A program made the translations under genes and the position numbers. The notes beneath the pieces were generated by a model. That model had not been told where the DNA came from and made no database searches. It saw nothing but the letters and a program-made list of their open reading frames with translations. This document shows positions 57,669 to 64,000 of a DNA stretch of 64,000 bases, one piece after another. The DNA comes from Mayamaea pseudoterrestris (taxonomy: Eukaryota), in the NCBI GenBank assembly GCA_027923505.1, contig BROI01000023.1:310001-374000 (forward strand). The letters are read 5' to 3'. The stretch's first letter is position 1. Each line of letters starts with the position of its first letter.

Positions 57669-58168
57669 AATCTTTAGCGTCAGTTGCACACTCGTTTCGA
57701 AGCGAACGATTGGTTGCTTGCCGGACAGGATATAGATTCAAATCGTTGTGTCAAAGTCAAAAAGTCAGCCACCATCAAAACATCATCATCATCTTGTCAA
57801 ATCACAATGATAAAGTATAGAACTGAATTGGCTGTTGGAGGGTCGAGAAGGTTTGGTTGCTTCGTGCTTCACCGCGCATGCCGAAAGAAAAGGTGAGTCA
57901 TGCAGCCATTGGCAGATATGATATGTCGCACCGTTTTTATGGCTCATAAACGGCTGCCACGAATATTGACAATGTCATTTCAGAACATTTGATCGTGTCA
58001 GGTCGCATTTTCAAGCCATTTCTGTACTGTGAAAAAGAAAGTACCGACGCACTACCTCGCGTCGCTGACGACGACGGGAACCGCAAAGGGCTCCGTCACA
58101 AGATCCTTGGAAGTTCGACGGCCCTCTCATATTCACTTCAAAAGCTGCAAAAAGGACTTAAAGTGGCC

Positions 58169-59419
58169 ATGGCGACAGCTCGATGCCTTTTAAAGGCAGC
58201 AGTGCTGCTCTCTATCTGCTTAGAGCATGGTGCAGCCTTCTCGACTCGATCGCTGGAGTTTCAGATGCAGCAGAAGCAGCAGCATCGGCATTTGACTCGA
58301 CAAAGTGTGATCTTCCGATCTCTTCCTCGCTCTTCTCTCGAAAGCCAAACGGAACTATCCGTTTCCATACAACAACAAGAAGCAGCAACGTCTGCTGCTG
58401 AACCAATCTTCTTAATCGAAGAACTTGATGTTGCTCAGCCGCCAAAGACCGAGCAAATTACTGTCGGAGCAACTGACAGCAAGAGCATCAAGAAACCTCC
58501 GTTTCCAATCGTTGTCTGGCGATTCACTCGACCTCATACTCTTATTGGATCGGCACTGGCCATTCCTGCCCTTCATTTGTTGGCGGCTCCTTCACTATCC
58601 GTCTTGGCACAGTCATCATTTTGGTCTTCGACACTGTTTTGTGTTGTTCCGTCCCTACTCATGAACTTGTACATTACCGGACTCAATCAAATTACCGACG
58701 TTGAGATTGACAAAATCAACAAGCCCAACTTACCAATTGCCGCTGGCATTCTATCCAAGAAGGACGCTACAATCATTGTCATAACCAGTCTCATTGCGTC
58801 ACTTTCCATGGGCATGCTGCCTGGTTCATCCCAAGGTTTGCGCGTTGCACTCTGGGGATCGGCCATCCTTGGCACCATGTATTCGCTTCCACCATTCCGC
58901 CTCAAGAGATTTCCCCTTTGGGCCGCCTTTTGCATTGTGGCTGTTCGTGGGACCATTATCAACGCGTCGTTCTATGCGCATGCCAAGCAGCTTGGTGTCA
59001 TGGCATGCTTGAAGCAAGATCCTGCTTGTTTACTGTCGAGTCTCTTTTACTGCGTCTTTGGAGTGGTGATTGCCTTGATGAAGGACGTTCCCGATGTGGC
59101 GGGCGATGTCCGTTCCAACGTGCGAACCTTTTCCGTCCGTCTTGGACAAAAGCGAATCTTTCAAGTCGGCAAGAACATATTGATTGGACTCTTTGGAGCC
59201 TTTGCTGGTGGCTTTGTCCGAGGCGCAGTCAATGCCCCAACAACGGCACTGACTGTCTGTCGAAGCATCATGGGAGCATCATGCGTCGCCGCCATGGTTT
59301 CCGTGCAAGGAGCTGCTCGAAACGTGGATCCAATGGACAGCAAGCAAGTGTACAAATACTACATGCACCTGTGGAAGTGGTTCTACCTGAGCTACTTGTC
59401 ACTGCCGTTTGCGCGATAA
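58169..59419 (+). CDS. Homogentisate prenyltransferase (UbiA family; phytyltransferase VTE2/HPT-like, HST not excluded), plastid targeted
   Basis: FTRPHTLIGS, NLYITGLNQITDVEIDKINKP, YSLPPFRLKRFP and KDVPDVAGD motifs; presequence ending GAA-F. Confidence 0.92.
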   Translation: MATARCLLKAAVLLSICLEHGAAFSTRSLEFQMQQKQQHRHLTRQSVIFRSLPRSSLESQTELSVSIQQQEAATSAAEPIFLIEELDVAQPPKTEQITVGATDSKSIKKPPFPIVVWRFTRPHTLIGSALAIPALHLLAAPSLSVLAQSSFWSSTLFCVVPSLLMNLYITGLNQITDVEIDKINKPNLPIAAGILSKKDATIIVITSLIASLSMGMLPGSSQGLRVALWGSAILGTMYSLPPFRLKRFPLWAAFCIVAVRGTIINASFYAHAKQLGVMACLKQDPACLLSSLFYCVFGVVIALMKDVPDVAGDVRSNVRTFSVRLGQKRIFQVGKNILIGLFGAFAGGFVRGAVNAPTTALTVCRSIMGASCVAAMVSVQGAARNVDPMDSKQVYKYYMHLWKWFYLSYLSLPFAR

Positions 59420-59630
59420 CCTCAGCGATCATATACGTTTTATGGTATATAGTTGTGCTTGTCTTTATATGATGTATGATTTGTACCGGCTTGATGGTTG
59501 TCGATGCGATGAATATAGTTGGGAACAAAAGCAACCCAAAAGTCGATCGAAGAATTTGGAGCCGTTAAGTACCGGAGCGATATCAAATGAAAATGCGCGC
59601 CATCGGCGCCGCACAATCTCGTTCCATGCC

Positions 59631-60740
59631 ATGACCATGGCATCTACTGCTAGCTGCACTTTTCGTTGCCTCATCGGTCCATCTCGACTACGAGCTGCTT
59701 CGAGTGCTACAATAAATAGTCGAAACTTTGGGTTCGGAACAAATTGGCCGCAGACGTCCAAGCGAAAGAAGAATGCGAACAAGAATGCGACACAAAAGGC
59801 AGGCAAGAGGCGCGAGCCTTCTTCGCCTCAGCCTCGTTCAACGACTAAGTTTGACAAAGCGCACATTCCTCCGGCATGTTTGCTGGCAACTGCGTCTCCG
59901 TATGCATACATTGCTCGATCCGCCGCTGTCCAAAATGATTTGGATCCGAAACAAATATACGCTCACGTTTCGACGGATCCGTTGATGCAAGCCAATGGAC
60001 GTCACTTTTGCTACCACGATGAACAAACAAATGCTTCCGTAACTACAAACGACGATACTACATTATTGATAAATGAAGTTGCCTTTCTCGGTCGATCCAA
60101 TGTTGGAAAGTCTAGTCTCATTAACGCAGTCATGCAAAAGAAACTGGCGAGGACCAGCAAGCGACCTGGCCGCACGCAGCAGGCTCACTACTTTGCGCTA
60201 CAAGACATGATAAACGCCACAAAAAGTCAAGGCGATGCACGAATTCAGCAAAAACCTCGTATACATGGTCACCTTGTTGATTTGCCAGGCTATGGCTACG
60301 CCGTCGGTCCAGACGCGGCAGTGGACGCTTGGCAAGACGACACGCAAAACTTGCTTCTGGCGCGGCGCGACTCGCACCACTTGCGTCGCGTCTATTTGCT
60401 GGTCGACGCTCGTCACGGCTGTTTGACGTTTGATTTTTCCATCATGCGGTGGCTCGACGAAGCTGGTATATCTTACTCCATTGTCTTGACCAAGGCGGAT
60501 GCCGTCACGCTGCCAATGCGCGTCAAATGGGTCAACCAAATCTGCATGAGATATGAACACTTGGTTGGATCAGCTTCGGAGGAGGAGCGACTTGACGATG
60601 ATGCGTGTCGCATGCATCCCATTGTTCACCTGACGAGTGCCAATAGTGAACTTGGTTTACTGGAATTGAAACTGAGCATTCAGGAGGAGTTTCTTGGTGG
60701 CTGCAACGATGATGAACATGGCAAGTGGTTAGTATCATAA
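59631..60740 (+). CDS. engB: EngB/YihA/YsxC-family GTPase, organellar
   Basis: EVAFLGRSNVGKSSLIN, SKRPGRT, LVDLPGYGYA, LVDARHG, TKAD and TSA motifs. Confidence 0.93.
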   Translation: MTMASTASCTFRCLIGPSRLRAASSATINSRNFGFGTNWPQTSKRKKNANKNATQKAGKRREPSSPQPRSTTKFDKAHIPPACLLATASPYAYIARSAAVQNDLDPKQIYAHVSTDPLMQANGRHFCYHDEQTNASVTTNDDTTLLINEVAFLGRSNVGKSSLINAVMQKKLARTSKRPGRTQQAHYFALQDMINATKSQGDARIQQKPRIHGHLVDLPGYGYAVGPDAAVDAWQDDTQNLLLARRDSHHLRRVYLLVDARHGCLTFDFSIMRWLDEAGISYSIVLTKADAVTLPMRVKWVNQICMRYEHLVGSASEEERLDDDACRMHPIVHLTSANSELGLLELKLSIQEEFLGGCNDDEHGKWLVS

Positions 60741-61169
60741 AAGCTCCTTTGGAATTGGATCTATTCATGCTCGTGTTTACTGTATGGGACGAGTCTTATA
60801 TTGGCTCGTAATATTATACGTTGCAGCGCTAGACGACTGCGTGGAGCGTTGAAGCGAGAGTGTGACAGCTGTCAGTCTGACCGGCACTCGAAGTGACAGA
60901 AATTCTTCCGTCCGCGAGAATGGAGCTCACCGCTCACCCATGATGGGGCTTCTACTTTGCTTGTCGCTACGGTGTGTCGCGACCGGTAGTATTGACTTTC
61001 ACGGCCATTTGAAGTCATCGTGTTGACGCGGCTGCCGAATCTGAATCACTTATTCTATTGGCTGCCATTTATTTCGTTTGCCGTCATTCATCGATCTTGT
61101 CGGCATCGCGCATCGCAGCATCAACCAAGAACATCCTATCTTCCATTCTAGCCCATATCAACAGCTACA

Positions 61170-61874
61170 ATGAGAGTTCATGTTCCATTATACAATCTCC
61201 TGCTTTCGATCACAACATTGGTCTACGTCGATCGTGTCGTTGAGCTAGTCACGTCCATTCAAAAGCGAGGCAAACTTTCCATTCTGCAGTCACGCAAGTT
61301 GATCCACTTGGCAGCAACATCAACAGTCATTGGATGGCCGTTCTTTGACGAGTCGCACTGGACGTGGCGATTAGCAGGTCTCACGTGCGGTTTATACAGC
61401 GTCAAGTTGCTCCTGCATGGACTTGGATTGGTGAAACCAACGGACGCAAACTTTTTTCGCACCATGAAAAGGCAGGGTCAACCATCGGAACTGCTACAGG
61501 GTCCCCTGCTGTTTGCTGGCATTATATTCTTGGTATGCAACTATGAATTCAAAACAGAACTCGGGACGTATCTGATTGCTGCCATGGGGATTGGAGACGG
61601 ACTTGCTCCGCTTGTGGGAACCTTGTTTCCTTGGAGACCTTATCCATCGTTTGATGGCGAACGCAAGACTCTCTCGGGCTCTCTGGCCATGCTGACGAGC
61701 ACTTTGGTTGGTATCCTGCTGATGAACCGCTTGCTGGGGGCGCCGTCTCGTTTTGAAATTGGATCCGCTGTTCAAGTAGCCTTGGTGGCGACGCTGGCAG
61801 AAGCTGCTTCCGGAGCATGGGACAATCTTGCCATTCCAATGGCCATTGTTGCTTATACGAAGATTATGTCGTAG
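61170..61874 (+). CDS. Phytol/farnesol kinase-like CTP-dependent polyprenol kinase (VTE5/FOLK family)
   Basis: SRKLIHL, RQGQPSELLQGPL, GDGLAPLVG, KTLSGS and DNLAIP motifs in a multi-pass membrane protein. Confidence 0.88.
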   Translation: MRVHVPLYNLLLSITTLVYVDRVVELVTSIQKRGKLSILQSRKLIHLAATSTVIGWPFFDESHWTWRLAGLTCGLYSVKLLLHGLGLVKPTDANFFRTMKRQGQPSELLQGPLLFAGIIFLVCNYEFKTELGTYLIAAMGIGDGLAPLVGTLFPWRPYPSFDGERKTLSGSLAMLTSTLVGILLMNRLLGAPSRFEIGSAVQVALVATLAEAASGAWDNLAIPMAIVAYTKIMS

Positions 61875-62269
61875 CAACAGCAGCAAACGAGTCGTTTGTC
61901 GCGACCAAGTAAAACGACTGATATCATTGTGGTGGACGGTGGACGAGCCAGGCCTTGATTCATTAGCGACGATGGTCATCTGCAACGATACCATAGATGG
62001 GACCATGTCAACTGTCTCTACGCTATTGATATACTTGACTATTCAACCATACTTGATAACAACTATTGGTAGCTTGTTTACAAGTCTATAATTGTCATTT
62101 GCTACGGTAGTCCGATACCTACTCGCCGGTTCAACATGAATGAGTTGACGGTAGATATTAGCAAAGGCCAGCCATGATTGATCTACCGGTAGTTGCGCCG
62201 TATCAAGATAGTGCGCTGCCACGCAACATGATGTCAACTTGTTCTCGGCCATCTATAATGTATATACTC

Positions 62270-63982
62270 TTACTTGCGTTTCGAAAAGCCAAGGTTCGGA
62301 TCGTCCCAAAAGCTTCCATTGGGACGACTCGCAGCAACACTTTCGAGACGGCGCTTGCTGGAGTTGGCGACGCATGTTTTGCCGCTGGTCGAGGCCTTGC
62401 GTTTCTTAGTAGGCGACGAGGGTGCCTTGGCCGTCATCTTTGACTCCTGTGAAAGCTGGGAATTCTTATAGAGGCCCGTTGGCGTTACAACCAACGTGGA
62501 CGATGAAGGGTGCTTGCCATTCTTGTCATTCAACGGACTAGCGCCATCATTTGTCGAAGAGCGCCGGATCTTGACGACAATATCGAGAGGATTGGGGTGC
62601 GGGGGCGACGATTTCCTCGAAGACAGTGAAGGTGACTTGACTTCGTGACGTTTCTCCTTTCGTCCGGAGCCGACGCACTTATCTGGCTCGTTTGCCTTAA
62701 TCTTGGAGCGCAATGTGGAAGTGCCCCTCGGATTGGATGCAAGTGCATGGGCGTTAGCATGGTGCTGCATGACTATATCACGAAGCATATTAGCCGTCGG
62801 AGCACTGAGACGCGAAAGGACCGACTGTATGAGGTCAGCTTTGGTAGCTTTAAACTTATCGCGCGCCTCCCGAGCTGTCTGCAATACATCCCCGCCAACC
62901 TTTTTGATTCTGCCAATTAGTTCGTTGCCGACATTGGTGATATGTGCAGCCTTGGCATCCAGCAACTTGTCGTGCGTTTTGAACTTGGACTCGGATGCAG
63001 ACATTTTGGAATCAAAAGCACTCGCCATGTTCGTCTCCAACGCCTGCGCTTTCTTGTCTAATGCACTTGCCACTGTTTCCTCCTTTTGCGCCAGCTTGGA
63101 CTCAGCTTCGGCAGCCATGTTTTCGAAAGCGTGTTCTTTTTCCGTCATCTTGCTTTCTAAAGCGCGTCCCTCCTTGGCCAGCGCGTCCTTCAACTGCTCC
63201 TTGGTTTCCAACATTTCGCGCAATACCGACTCCAAGGCGGATTTCGTCTTTTCGTCAACAGCGTCGAAGATTTCCTTGGTAAACTGTGCAATTTGGCTGC
63301 TATCAATGGTACCCTGCGAATGAGTTTGATTGTTGTTGTTGCATCCGCTCAACATGGATTGGAGCGTACTCATTGGACCAGCATTCGATAGCAACGTGGT
63401 ATTTCCAGTCGCGTTGGTGTTCCGGGTTCGGTCTTGCACGCTGTTATCTGGCGCGGACATGGAGGAATGGTGCGTCTGCTGAGTTTGGGTGGGCATGAAG
63501 GATTCGTTGGCGACGGACGGCTGGCTTGAATGATGCATCATTGAAGCTGATGCACCGGAGAAAACGGAAGACGGCTGGTTTGGTTGATGATGGGAATGCA
63601 TCGTAAATTCATAGTTCATAAACTGGTGCTCGGCTGGCTTCTCGTTCTGCATGAATGGTGGCTTGTAGTTTGGACCGACGGAGGAATGCTCGAGCGGCAA
63701 GAAAGATAGATTCATCGCTGCATTACCAAACGCAGCATTACGAGCGCTTCCGTAGTAGTTCCGGCTTCCAGTCACAAACGGCGGCGCCATGGACAAGGGA
63801 GGAACAGGTGGAGGCCCTTGGCGTCGTGAAACGGCGGCGCTGACTTGACTTGTGGCGGCGAATCCAGTGCGATTCATATTTCCGTGCAGCTTGGACGATC
63901 GTCCATCTCCAGCAAATTGGTTCAAAGTGGAAGCATGGCCTGGAATATACGGTTGAGAGAATATTGAGTTAATGGCTACCAT
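62270..63982 (-). CDS. Hypothetical protein with a central amphipathic coiled coil and a basic C-terminus
   Basis: 570-aa ORF with an N/Q/S-rich N-terminus, an A/E/K-rich helical centre and an NLS-like tail. Confidence 0.65.
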   Translation of the reverse strand: MVAINSIFSQPYIPGHASTLNQFAGDGRSSKLHGNMNRTGFAATSQVSAAVSRRQGPPPVPPLSMAPPFVTGSRNYYGSARNAAFGNAAMNLSFLPLEHSSVGPNYKPPFMQNEKPAEHQFMNYEFTMHSHHQPNQPSSVFSGASASMMHHSSQPSVANESFMPTQTQQTHHSSMSAPDNSVQDRTRNTNATGNTTLLSNAGPMSTLQSMLSGCNNNNQTHSQGTIDSSQIAQFTKEIFDAVDEKTKSALESVLREMLETKEQLKDALAKEGRALESKMTEKEHAFENMAAEAESKLAQKEETVASALDKKAQALETNMASAFDSKMSASESKFKTHDKLLDAKAAHITNVGNELIGRIKKVGGDVLQTAREARDKFKATKADLIQSVLSRLSAPTANMLRDIVMQHHANAHALASNPRGTSTLRSKIKANEPDKCVGSGRKEKRHEVKSPSLSSRKSSPPHPNPLDIVVKIRRSSTNDGASPLNDKNGKHPSSSTLVVTPTGLYKNSQLSQESKMTAKAPSSPTKKRKASTSGKTCVANSSKRRLESVAASRPNGSFWDDPNLGFSKRK

Positions 63983-64000
63983 TGTCTAGCAGGCGTCGCG

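Noticed and set aside
25342..60740. EngA and EngB in the same window as a functional cluster
   Set aside because: They are more than 30 kb apart with many unrelated genes between them, which is compatible with chance.

Overview
Gene-dense eukaryotic nuclear DNA, most likely from a diatom or related stramenopile. The evidence is short GT-AG introns (mostly 64-152 bp), many bipartite signal-peptide plus 'xA-F' plastid presequences, and a signal-peptide-bearing proteasome alpha subunit. About 30 protein-coding genes are recognisable, mostly housekeeping or plastid functions: GlnRS, an ABCB half-transporter, ferric reductase, SNM1/PSO2, EngA, EngB, Utp5, phosphoserine phosphatase, GT49, signal peptidase I, homogentisate prenyltransferase and a phytol-kinase-like protein. 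Main points of interest: (1) a head-to-tail array of five diverged GARP/SHAQKYF-type Myb plus coiled-coil transcription-factor paralogs (39.9-49.2 kb), each with a different recognition helix, one having lost both splice sites and one its stop codon; (2) two dispersed non-coding repeat families, a ~37-bp palindrome clustered at three sites and a 42-43-bp tandem array in two divergent promoters, both containing AGTGCCA; (3) a candidate recursive (zero-length exon) splice site in the GlnRS intron; (4) unusual domain fusions: a plastid carrier with GxGY repeats, chromo-RING, MATH-like plus signal peptidase, and GlnRS with a CysRS-like tail. No tRNA, rRNA, CRISPR array or transposase was recognised. 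All calls come from reading motifs by eye; no database search was run.
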